DNA from: an uncultured Alphaproteobacteria bacterium
GTDB taxonomy: Bacteria > Pseudomonadota > Alphaproteobacteria > Rhizobiales > Rhizobiaceae
NCBI GenBank assembly: GCA_963822365.1
Contig: CAWGHM010000009.1
Coordinates: 338,181 to 402,180 of the forward strand
Direction: 5' to 3'
DNA: 64,000 nt
Position numbers and translations under genes: made by a program. A model generated the notes under the pieces. It was not told the DNA's origin. It saw only the letters and a list, made by a program, of their open reading frames with translations, and did no database searches. This document shows, piece after piece, positions 20,761 to 30,463 of the stretch. Every line of letters begins with the position of its first letter. The stretch's first letter is position 1.

Positions 20761-21646
20761 TCAGCCCATGCGTTCGGAGGCGTAGGAGCCGGGGCTCGCC
20801 GGGAAGACGACGGTGCGGTTGCCGTTGATGAAGGTCCGGTTGTGGATATGGGCATGCACGGCGCGGGCCAGAACCTGGCTCTCGACGTCGCGACCGATCG
20901 AGACATAATCCTCTGCAGACTGCGCATGGGTGATGCGGGCAATATCCTGCTCGATGATCGGGCCTTCATCGAGATCGGCCGTAACGTAGTGCGCTGTCGC
21001 ACCGATCAGCTTCACGCCGCGCTCATAGGCCTGCTTGTAGGGGTTGGCGCCCTTGAACGACGGCAGGAACGAGTGGTGGATGTTGATGATCTTGCCGGAC
21101 ATCTTCTGGCACATGGAATCCGACAGGATCTGCATGTAGCGGGCCAGCACGATCAGTTCGGTTCCGGTCTGCTCGACCACGTCCATGATGCGGGCTTCGG
21201 CCTGAACCTTGTTGGCCTTGGTCACCGGGATGTGGTGGAACGGAATGTCGTGATTGACGACGACCTTCTGATAATCGAAGTGATTGGACACAACACCGAC
21301 GATCTCGATCGGCAGCGCGCCGATCTTCCAGCGATAGAGCAGATCGTTGAGGCAGTGACCGAAGCGCGACACCATCAAGCAGCACCTTCATGCGATGCTC
21401 GCTGTCACGGATGTCGGCATTCATGCCGAAGCGGGTCTTGACGGCTTCGAAGCCTTTTTCAAGCGTCTCGAGCGAAGCGCCCTCCTGGCTGATAAAGGTG
21501 AGGCGCATGAAGAACAGACCGGTTTCCAGATCGTCGAACTGCGAGCTGTCTGTGATGTAGCAGCCCTCGTCCGCCAGATAACCGGTGATCGCCGCGACGA
21601 TGCCGCGGGTGGATTTGCAGGAAACGGTCAGCACATAGCTCTTCAT
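20761..21646 (-). pseudogene. purU: formyltetrahydrofolate deformylase; one frameshift near 21370-21430
   Basis: N-terminal ACT domain MKSYVLTVSCKSTRGIVAAITGYLADEGCYI (ORF 21023..21697). Formyltransferase domain ...VVSNHFDYQKVVVNHDIPFHHIP...SFLPSFKGANPY (ORF 20761..21378) is in another frame. Confidence 0.8.
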
Positions 21647-21808
21647 GGTCTTTAAGTCTTTCGTTTTGGGTCTTGGCTGGCCCTTCCGGCCCAGCATCGT
21701 GGAACGGAAGCTAGCGCGACGCCGGCCCGCCCGTCCATCCGTTTCGCGACATCGGATAGCAGGAACGGGCCATGCCGTCTGTTCTCATCTGGGAACTTGG
21801 TCCGGCGC

Positions 21809-23122
21809 TCAGATATCGAGCGTCGTCTGCCGCTCCCATTCGGTAAAGTGGGAACAAAAGGTATTCCACTCGCCATGCTTGAGCTTGAGGTAGGCGGCGG
21901 AGAATTCCGTCGCCCAGCGCCGCCTGAAGCTCGGTGTCCTTGTCGTATTCGCGCAGCGCGTCGAGCAGGTTGAGCGGCAGCTTCGGCGCGTCCTTGACGG
22001 TGTGGCCGTGCTGGTACATGTCGATGTCGTAGCGCGGCCCGGGATCGGCCTGCGGTGCGGATGCCGTCGAGACCGGCCGCGATGATGATCGCCTGCAGCA
22101 GATAGGGATTGACCGCGCCGTCCGGCAGGCGCAGTTCGAAGCGGCCGGGACCCGGCACGCGGACCATGTGGGTGCGGTTGTTGCCGGTCCAGGTCACGGT
22201 GTTGGGCGCCCAGGTGGCGCCGGAGATGGTGCGCGGCGCGTTGATGCGCTTGTAGGAATTGACCGTCGGATTGGTGATCGCGGCCAGCGCCGAGGCATGC
22301 TTCATGATGCCGCCGAGGAAGGTGCGGCCCTTGGCCGACAGGCCGAGCTCGCATGCTCTTGTCGGCGAAGACGTTGATCTTGCCGTCGACTTGTCCCAGA
22401 CCGAGATATGGGCATGGCAGCCATTGCCGGTCAGGCCCTTGAAGGGCTTGGGCATGAAGGTGGCGCGCAGGCCGTGCTTCTCGGCGACCGACTTGACCAT
22501 GAACTTGAAGAAGGAGTGCTTGTCGGCGGTGGCGAGCGCGTCGTCATACTCCCAGTTCATCTCGAACTGGCCGTTCGCGTCCTCGTGGTCGTTCTGGTAG
22601 GGCTCCCAGCCGAGCTCCAGCATGTAGTCGCAGATTTCGGCGATGACGTCGTAGCGGCGCATCACCGCCTGCTGGTCGTAGCAGGGCTTCTCGGCGGTAT
22701 CGGACTCGTCGGAAATCTGCGTGCCGTCCGGCGAGATCAGGAAGAATTCGGACTCGACGCCGGTCTTGACCCGCAGGCCCTCGCCGGCGGCTTCCGCGAT
22801 CAGCCGCTTCAGCATGACGCGCGGCGCCTGTTCGACGGGCTTGTCTTCCATGACGCAGTCGGCCGCGACCCAGGCGACATCCGGCTTCCACGGCAGCTGG
22901 ATGACGCGAGTCGGCATCGGGCACGGCGAACAGGTCGGGATGGGCCGGCGTCAGGTCGAGCCAGGTGGCGAAGCCGGCAAAGCCGGCGCCGTCCTTCTGC
23001 ATGTCGGCGATCGCCTGCGCCGGCACCAGCTTGGCGCGCTGGCCACCGAACAGGTCGGTGTAGGAGATCATGAAATATTTGATGCCACGCTCCTTGGCGA
23101 AGGCGGCAAGATCGATTGTCAC
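21809..23122 (-). pseudogene. gmaS: glutamine synthetase family protein, candidate gamma-glutamylmethylamide synthetase; at least 3 frameshifts
   Basis: N-term MTIDLAAFAKERGIKYFMISYTDLFGGQRAKLVP (ORF 22544..23122). Catalytic core ...KPFKGLTGNGCHAHISVWDK...NPTVNSYKRI (ORF 21652..22917). C-term ...EFSAAYLKLKHGEWNTFCSHFTEWERQTTLDI (ORF 21809..22354) in a further frame. The GS next to NMG synthase genes implies the NMG pathway. Confidence 0.7.
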
Positions 23123-23211
23123 TGTGTTCCCCTTTGGATTATTCAGACACTTTTTCGTGGAAAGGCCGCTACCTGTCTTGGGAGATCAGGCAACGGCCAG
23201 ATTGTGCTTGG

Positions 23212-24545
23212 TCAGAAGCCTCCCTTGCCCGGAATCCAGCTCGTGCCGGCCAGCGGCACCTGCGCCATGGCGGCGGCCTCGATGGTCAGCGCGCACGAGA
23301 TCTTCCGGCTCGAGATTGTGCACGTGGTTCTTGCCGCAGGCGCGCGCGATGGTCTGCGCTTCCAGCGTCATCACCTTGAGATAGTTGGCAAGCCGGCGTC
23401 CGGCCGCGACCGGATCGAGGCGCTTCGGCAAGCTCCGGGTCCTGCGTGGTGATGCCGGCCGGGTCCCTGCCCTCGTGCCAGTCGTCATAGGCGCCGGCCG
23501 TGGTGCCGAGCTCGTTGTACTCGGCTTCCCAGCGCGGATCGTTGTCGCCGAGCGCAACCAGCGCCGCCGTGCCGATCGAGACCGCGTCGGCGCCGAGCGC
23601 CAGCGCCTTGGCGACATCGGCGCCGTTGCGGATGCCGCCCGAGACGATGAGCTGCACCTTGCGGTGCATGCCGAGATCCTGCAGCGCCTGCACGGCCGGG
23701 CGGATGCAGGCGAGCGTCGGCAGGCCGACATGCTCGATGAACACTTCCTGCGTCGCCGCCGTGCCGCCCTGCATGCCGTCGAGCACGACGACGTCGGCGC
23801 CGGCCTTCACCGCCAGCGCGGTGTCGTAATAGGGCCGCGCGCCGCCGACCTTGACGTAGATCGGCTTTTCCCAGTCGGTGATCTCGCGCAGTTCCAGGAT
23901 CTTGATTTCGAGATCGTCCGGGCCGGTCCAGTCGGGATGGCGGCAGGCCGAGCGCTGGTCGATGCCCTTGGGCAGGGTGCGCATCTCGGCGACGCGGTCG
24001 GAAATCTTCTGGCCGAGCAGCATGCCGCCGCCGCCGGGCTTGGCGCCCTGGCCGACCACGATCTCGATGGCGTCGGCGCGGCGCAGATCGTCGCGGGTTC
24101 ATGCCGTAGCGCGACGGCAGATACTGGTAGACGAGCGTCTGCGAATGGCCGCGCTCCTCCTCGCGTCATGCCGCCGTCGCCGGTGGTGGTCGAGGTGCCG
24201 GCGAGCGTGGCGCCGCGGCCGAGCGCTTCCTTGGCCGGGCCCGACAGCGAGCCGAAGCTCATGCCGGCGATGGTGATCGGGATCTTCAGCTCGATCGGCT
24301 TCTTGGCAAAGCGCGTGCCGAGCACGACGCTGGTGTCGCATTTCTCGCGGTAGCCTTCGAGCGGATAGCGCGAGATCGAGGCGCCGAGGAACAGCAGGTC
24401 GTCGAAATGCGGCACCTTGCGCTTGGCGCCGCCGCCGCGGATGTCGTAGATGCCGGTCGCCGCCGCGCGGCGGATTTCCGACAGCGTGTAGTCGTCGAAG
24501 GTCGCGGACTTGCGCGGCGTGGTGCGGCGGGTTCTGGTAGGTCAT
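23212..24545 (-). pseudogene. mgsC: N-methylglutamate synthase subunit C (glutamate synthase FMN-binding domain, GltB domain-2-like); at least 4 frameshifts
   Basis: Start MTYQNPP (24545). MPHFDDLLFLGASISRYPLEGYREKCDTSVVLG (ORF 23807..24415). FMN/Fe-S domain GQGAKPGGGG...VKVGGARPYYD...IVSGGIRNGADVAKALALGADAVSIGTAALVALG (ORF 23286..24059). C-term ...AMAQVPLAGTSWIPGKGGF-stop (TGA 23212-23214) in another frame. Confidence 0.7.
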
Positions 24546-24557
24546 GGCTGTCCCGCC

Positions 24558-25249
24558 TCAATACGCGTCGGCGTTGTCGATGTTGAAATTGTAGAGCTTG
24601 CGGGCCGAGCCGTAGCGCGTGAACTCTTCCGGCTTCACGTCGGTGACGCCGGCCTTGTCGAGAAGTCCGGCAAGCAGCTCGAGATGCTCGGGCCGCATCT
24701 CCTTCTCGATGCAGTCGGCGCCGAGGCTCTTGACCGCGCCGCGCACGAACAGCTTGGCCTCGTAGATGCGAATCGCCGAGCGCATCGCCGGCATCGCCCA
24801 GCACGACGAGATTGCCCGACTGCGCCATGAAGGCCGACATGTGGCCGATATTGCCCTGCACGACGATGTCGATGCCCTTCATCGAGATGCCGCAGCGCGA
24901 CGAGGCATTGCCCTCGATGACCAGCAGGCCGCCGCGACCGGTGGCGCCGGCATACTGGCTGGCATCGCCCTTCGATGACGACGGTGCCCGACATCATGTT
25001 TTCGGCGACGCCCGGTCCGGCAGAGCCATGCACGGTGATCGTGCCGCCGTCGTTCATGCCGCCGCAATAATAGCCGACGCTGCCGCGCACATCGACGGTG
25101 ACCGGCTGCGTCGATGCCGACGGCGACGGCGTGGCTGCCGCGCGGGTTGACGACCTCGAAGGCCGTCTCATTGGCGCCGGCCGGACAATGGTGTGCAGCG
25201 CGCTGTTGAGTTCGCGCAGCGGCGTGGTGGCAAGATCGAAGGTACGCAT
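24558..25249 (-). pseudogene. mgsB: N-methylglutamate synthase subunit B (glutamate synthase GXGXXG C-terminal-domain-like); at least 4 frameshifts
   Basis: Fragments MRTFDLATTPLRELNSALH, VTVDVRGSVGYYCGGMNDGGTITVHGSAGPGVAENMMSGTVVIEG, MKGIDIVVQGNIGHMSAFMAQSGNLVVLGDAGDALGDS and YEAKLFVRGAVKSLGADCIEKEM lie in three minus frames. Confidence 0.7.
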
Positions 25250-25289
25250 CGCTTCCAGACTTTCTTGTCTTAGACTGACATTCACGTTC

Positions 25290-26196
25290 AGGCGGCCTTC
25301 TCATGCTCCCAGAAATAGACGGTGGCCGGCTCCGGCTCCCAGACCCGCGCATTCTCGATGCCCGGCAGGTTGACGAGCGCGCGGTATTCGGAGCCGAAGG
25401 CGACATAGTGGTCGGTCTCGGCCATGACGGCCGGCTTGCAGGCGATCGGATCGCGCACGACGCCGAAGCCGGATCTTGGTGCCGACGACGAAGGTGAAGA
25501 AGCCGTCGAGATCGTCGAGCGCGCCGGTCAGCGCCTGCGCCGAGATCCTTGCCCTTGGCCATCTCGGCGGTCAGATAGGCGGCGGCGACTTCCGAGTCGT
25601 TCTCGGTCTCGAAGGTCATGCCTTCGCGCTTCAGTTCGCGGCGCAGGTTGTTGTGGTTGGACAGCGAGCCATTGTGCACGAGGCACTGGTCGGCGCCGGT
25701 CGAGAACGGATGCGCGCCGAGCGTGGTGACGGCCGATTCGGTCGCCATGCGGGTGTGGCCGATGCCGTGCGTGCCGCCCATCTCGCGGATCGCCGAACCG
25801 GGCGACCACATCCTTCGGCAGGCCGACTTCCTTGTAGATCTCGACGCTGTCGCCCGAGCCCATGACCCGAATGTCGGGGCGCTCCTGCGCCAGCTTGTCG
25901 CGCACGGCCGAAGCCTGTGCCGTGGCCGTCTCGATGACCGCATGCGAGCTTTTCAGCTCGACGGTCACGCTGGCGTCGACAGGCTTCAAAAGCGCTTCCA
26001 GCCCTGCAAAATCCGTCGCCGGCTTGGCCGACTGAACCGTGAGTTTTGCACGACCATCGGAGGGTGCTCCGTAAATCGCAATGCCGGCGCTATCCGGCCC
26101 ACGGTCCGTCATGATGACCAACATATCGGACAGCATGGCGCCCAATTGCGGCTCCAGGCTCTTGTCCTTCAAAAATAATCCGACAATTCCGCACAT
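25290..26196 (-). pseudogene. mgsA: N-methylglutamate synthase subunit A (class-II glutamine amidotransferase, GltB domain-1-like); at least 3 frameshifts
   Basis: Start MCGIVGLFLKD (Cys2 nucleophile; ATG 26196). Middle LVHNGSLSNHNNLRRELKREGMTFETENDSEV (ORF 24879..25943). C-term ...VYFWEHEKAA-stop (TGA 25290-25292) in a third frame. Confidence 0.7.
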
Positions 26197-26354
26197 GGGC
26201 AAAATCCTTCATTGCAACGATGAAAGATCGATAGCAGCTGTTGCACCGCATTTCAACTCTGAAGAAACTTATTTTCTTCTAAGGCAATATTTTGTGATGT
26301 GACGGCAACGTGTGTCTTCGTTGCGCGAAATAGCGGAAAATGCTATATGACTAA

Positions 26355-26618
<264 letters not shown>

Positions 26619-26641
26619 GACGATCCGATCGAGGTCAGTTC

Positions 26642-27064
26642 ATGTTTTACATTGACACTTCAGTTCTTGTGGCCGCATTGACGCACGAGACCAGAACGGT
26701 GAGCATGCAACAATGGCTGGCAGAACAAAGTGCTAATCAGTTGGCGACCAGCGACTGGACGATCACGGAGTTCTCATCAGCGCTCTCGCTAAAAATGCGC
26801 ACAGGCCAAGTGCAACTGCAGGGGAGAAATCGGTCGCTGACTGCATTTCATCAGCTCGTTTCGGAATCCTTTATACTCTTGAGCATCTCGGCTCTCCATT
26901 TTCGTGCGGCTGCACGGCTGGTCGACCATTATTCGCTGAACCTGCGATCCGGCGACGCGCTGCATCTGGCTGTAGCGATGGAACATGGCGCCACTCTGTG
27001 CACGCTTGATCAAAGACTGGCTGCGGCCGGCCCGGAACTTGGCGCCGAAACATTACTTTTATAG
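26642..27064 (+). CDS. vapC: type II toxin VapC (PIN domain ribonuclease)
   Basis: ORF begins MFYIDTSVLVAALTHE (PIN acidic residue in the DTS motif). Conserved D in LHLAVAMEHGATLCTLD. SD GAGG 7 nt upstream of ATG 26642. Confidence 0.75.
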   Translation: MFYIDTSVLVAALTHETRTVSMQQWLAEQSANQLATSDWTITEFSSALSLKMRTGQVQLQGRNRSLTAFHQLVSESFILLSISALHFRAAARLVDHYSLNLRSGDALHLAVAMEHGATLCTLDQRLAAAGPELGAETLLL

Positions 27065-27082
27065 GCAGCGCATCCTATCCGC

Positions 27083-27778
27083 CTACATCCCCTGCTTCTG
27101 CGGATAGGAAATGATCGAGAGATAGCGGATCGGCAGCTTCACCAGTTCTTCCGGTCCATGGCGGGCGTCGGCGTCGAAGAACAGGCTGTCGCCGGGCTGC
27201 ATGGTGAAAAGGCGATCGCCATGGCGATAGACCACCTCGCCTTCCAGCATGTAGAGAAACTCCATGCCTTCATGCTGAAACGCCGGAAACGTATCGGAAT
27301 TGGCGCTGAGTGTAATCAAATAGGGCTCGACGACGACCCCGGCCGTGTTGTTGTCGATATGACCGAGCAGGTTGTACTGATGACCGGCCCGCGTCCCGCG
27401 CCGCTCGAGCTCCACCCCCTCGCCGGCTTTCACGAAGACGGCATTGCGCGGTTCCTCGTAGCGCCGGAAAAACGCCGTGACCGGAACGCCAAGCGCCCGT
27501 GACAGCGACTGCAGAGTGGTCAGCGATGGAGAGATATTGCCGTTCTCGATTTTCGACAGCATGCCGAGCGAAATGCCGGTGGCGGTTGCCAGATCGGTGA
27601 CGGTGATGCCGAGCTTTTTGCGGAAGGCCCGCACCTCATGGCCGATGGCGATTTCGAGATTGTTTTCCTTCGGTTCGCGCAGGGCATGCGGGTCCTGAAG
27701 GAAGGCTGCCTTCAATGCCGGTCGTTCATCGTCGGTCGTGCGGCCAATGTCGATCTCTTTCGCCTTGCTTTTCGCCAT
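27083..27778 (-). CDS. XRE family transcriptional regulator with C-terminal cupin domain
   Basis: 231-aa ORF. HTH LGITVTDLATATGISLGMLSKIENG. Cupin-like C-terminus (YLITLSANSDTFPAFQHEGMEFLYMLEGE). Confidence 0.8.
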   Translation of the reverse strand: MAKSKAKEIDIGRTTDDERPALKAAFLQDPHALREPKENNLEIAIGHEVRAFRKKLGITVTDLATATGISLGMLSKIENGNISPSLTTLQSLSRALGVPVTAFFRRYEEPRNAVFVKAGEGVELERRGTRAGHQYNLLGHIDNNTAGVVVEPYLITLSANSDTFPAFQHEGMEFLYMLEGEVVYRHGDRLFTMQPGDSLFFDADARHGPEELVKLPIRYLSIISYPQKQGM

Positions 27779-27866
27779 GCCAGCCGCGCCCTTTCTGATG
27801 TCCAGCCGGTCAGAGCCTATCCTGAGAGTGAAATTTTCTCAACCCGGAAGAAATTATACACATTTG

Positions 27867-28835
27867 CTAAATGCGCGCGCCCAGCCGGTGACTGCCGGGC
27901 GCCTCACCGAAGGCGGCGCGATAGCTGCGCGAAAAATGCCCGGCACTGGAAAAGCCGGTTGCGAAGGCGATTTCGGAGATCGAAAGCGGGCTCTGCTGCA
28001 GGAGACGCCGCGCATGGTCGAGCCGGATCTTCCTATATTCGAGAAGGAAGGAGGATTGCATGAGGCCGGCAAACAGCCGGTCGAGATGCCGTGGCGAAAC
28101 ACCCGCCAAAGCCGCCATGGCCTGCCGGTCGAGCGGCGCCTCGATCGTCGCCTCCATCTTCTCCAGCACGGTCAGAAGCCCCGGATGGTTGACACCGTAG
28201 CGCTCCGCCAGCGACCCGCGCTGCGGAGCGCCCGATGCCTCGACATGGGTGTGCAGATACCAGTCGCTGACCCTCCGGGCGAAATCCGACCCCATGCGTT
28301 CGGTAATCAGCGCGTGCATCATATCAAGCGGCGCGACGCCGCCGCCGCAGGTGATGCGATTGCCATCAAGCACATAGCGCGCCTGTCGCGGAGCAAGATC
28401 CGGAAATGCCTCCATCAAGGCGGGAGCATGCTGCCAGTGAATGGTGAAGTCCCGATCTTCGAGCAGGCCAGCCGCAGCCATCAGATAGGGGCCCCCGGAA
28501 ATGCCGCCGATGCGCACGCCGTCACGGGCAAGCTGGCGCAGACAGGCAAGAACGCCGGGCGCATCCCAATCGACGGGCGTGCCCCCGGCACAAACAAACA
28601 CCATGTCGAGACCGGTGCCGCGACCGGGCAAGGGATCGACCGGAACCGGAACGCCTGAGGAGGACAGGGACATGGCCCCCTCGGGACCATGGTTCGACAA
28701 TATATAGATGTCGCGTCCGGCCAGGAGATTGGCGGCCCGCAGCGGTTCTGTTGCAGACGCATAGGACATCAGCGCAAAACCCGGCACGAGGAGGAAACCG
28801 ATCTTCTGGGTGTTTCTGCGGTCTTCAGTGGCCAT
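27867..28835 (-). CDS. GlxA family transcriptional regulator (DJ-1/PfpI domain + AraC-type HTH)
   Basis: 322-aa ORF. N-terminal DJ-1/PfpI-like KIGFLLVPGFALMSYASATEPLRAAN. C-terminal AraC HTH ...ISEIAFATGFSSAGHFSRSYRAAFG. Divergent from mgdA. Confidence 0.8.
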   Translation of the reverse strand: MATEDRRNTQKIGFLLVPGFALMSYASATEPLRAANLLAGRDIYILSNHGPEGAMSLSSSGVPVPVDPLPGRGTGLDMVFVCAGGTPVDWDAPGVLACLRQLARDGVRIGGISGGPYLMAAAGLLEDRDFTIHWQHAPALMEAFPDLAPRQARYVLDGNRITCGGGVAPLDMMHALITERMGSDFARRVSDWYLHTHVEASGAPQRGSLAERYGVNHPGLLTVLEKMEATIEAPLDRQAMAALAGVSPRHLDRLFAGLMQSSFLLEYRKIRLDHARRLLQQSPLSISEIAFATGFSSAGHFSRSYRAAFGEAPGSHRLGARI

Positions 28836-28925
28836 GTCCTAATCATGCATCAGAAGGTCTCTTATCTGCAAGAGCCGATTGCGGATCCTGTCATGATCAC
28901 CACCAGCTTTCACGGTGAATCGATC

Positions 28926-30180
28926 ATGCGCTACTCCGCCTTTTCCGTCTTTCTCAATGCGCTTCGCGGCAACAAGAACTGGCAGCCGGCCTGGCGCAGC
29001 CCGGTTCCGAAGAGCCACTATGACGTGGTTATCGTCGGCGGCGGCGGGCATGGACTGGCGACGGCCTATTACCTCGCCAAGGAATTCGGCATCACCAATG
29101 TCGCGGTGCTGGAAAAGGGCTATATCGGCTCCGGCAATGTCGGCCGCAACACGACGATCATCCGCTCCAACTACCTGCTGCCGGGCAACAACCCGTTCTA
29201 CGAACTGTCGATGAAGCTCTGGGAGGGGCTGGAGCAGGATTTCAACTTCAACGCCATGGTCTCCCAGCGCGGCGTGCTCAACCTCTACCACTCCGACGCC
29301 CAGCGCGACGCCTATGCCCGGCGCGGCAATGCCATGCGGCTGCATGGCGTCGATGCCGAACTGCTGGATCGCGAGCCGTGCGCGCCAGATGCTGCCCTTC
29401 CTCGATTTCGACAATGCCCGCTTCCCGATCCAGGGCGGGCTGCATGCAGAAGCGCGGCGGCACGGTGCGCCACGATGCGGTGGCCTGGGGCTATGCCCGC
29501 GGCGCCGACAGGCGCGGCGTCGACATCATCCAGAATTGCGAAGTCACCGGCATCCGCCGCGAAAACGGCCGCGTGACCGGCGTCGAGACCAGCCAGGGCT
29601 TCATCGGCTGCGACAAGCTGGCGCTGGCGGTCGCCGGCAATTCCATCGCCGTTGCCGACATGGCCGATCTGCAGCTGCCGATCGAAAGCCATGTGCTGCA
29701 GGCCTTCGTCTCCGAGGGCCTGAAGCCGTTCATCGACACCGTCGTCACCTTTGGCGCCGGGCATTTCTACATCTCGCAGTCCGACAAGGGCGGCCTGGTC
29801 TTCGGCGGCGATATCGACGGCTACAATTCCTACGCCCAGCGCGGCAATCTGCGCGACGGTCGAGGACGTGGCCGAGGCCGGCATGGCGATGATCCCGGCG
29901 CTGTCGCGCGTTCGCGTGCTGCGCTCCTGGGGCGGCGTCATGGACATGACCATGGACGGCTCGCCGATCATCGACCACACCCCGATCGACAATCTCTATC
30001 TCAACGCCGGCTGGTGCTACGGCGGCTTCAAGGCGACGCCGGCCTCCGGCTTCTGCTTCGCCCATCTGATCGCCAAGAACGAGCCGCATGAGACCGCGAC
30101 GCGCCTTCCGGCTCGATCGCTTCGCGCGCGGCCGCATGATCGACGAAAAGGGCGTCGGCGCCCAGCCAAACCTGCACTGA
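28926..30180 (+). pseudogene. mgdA: N-methylglutamate dehydrogenase subunit A (sarcosine oxidase beta-subunit-like, FAD); about 4 frameshifts
   Basis: MRYSAFSVFLNALRGNKNWQPAWRSPVPKSHYDVVIVGGGGHGLATAYYLAKEFG... in frame to ~29375. Then MLPFLDFDNARFPIQGGLH, QKRGGTVRHDAVAWGYARGAD...GHFYISQSDKGGLVFGGDIDGYNSYAQRGNL, TVEDVAEAGMAMIPALSRVRVL...GWCYGGFKATPASGFCFAHLIAKNEPHETA and RFARGRMIDEKGVGAQPNLH-stop (TGA 30178) are in alternating frames. Confidence 0.75.
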
Positions 30181-30190
30181 GGACCTGATC

Positions 30191-30438
30191 ATGGCCAGCC
30201 TGATCGCCTGCCCCCATTGCGGCCCGCGCCCCAAGGAAGAATTCACCGTTCGCGGCGATGCCGGCATGACACGTCCGGCACCGGATGCCGGCGAAGACGC
30301 CTGGCATTCGACTATGTCTATCTGCGCGACAATCCGCGCGGCCGGCATCGGGAACATTGGCACCACACCTCCGGCTGCCGGCGCTGGCTGGTCGTCGAGC
30401 GCGATACGATGACCCACGCCGTCTGTCCCGCGTGTTGA
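30191..30438 (+). pseudogene. mgdB: N-methylglutamate dehydrogenase subunit B (sarcosine oxidase delta-subunit-like); one frameshift at ~30307
   Basis: MASLIACPHCGPRPKEEFTVRGDAGMTRPAPDAGEDAW in one frame. FDYVYLRDNPRGRHREHWHHTSGCRRWLVVERDTMTHAVCPAC-stop in the next frame. Confidence 0.7.
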
Positions 30439-30463
30439 CGCCGCAGGTCTGGGAGAGCCGCGC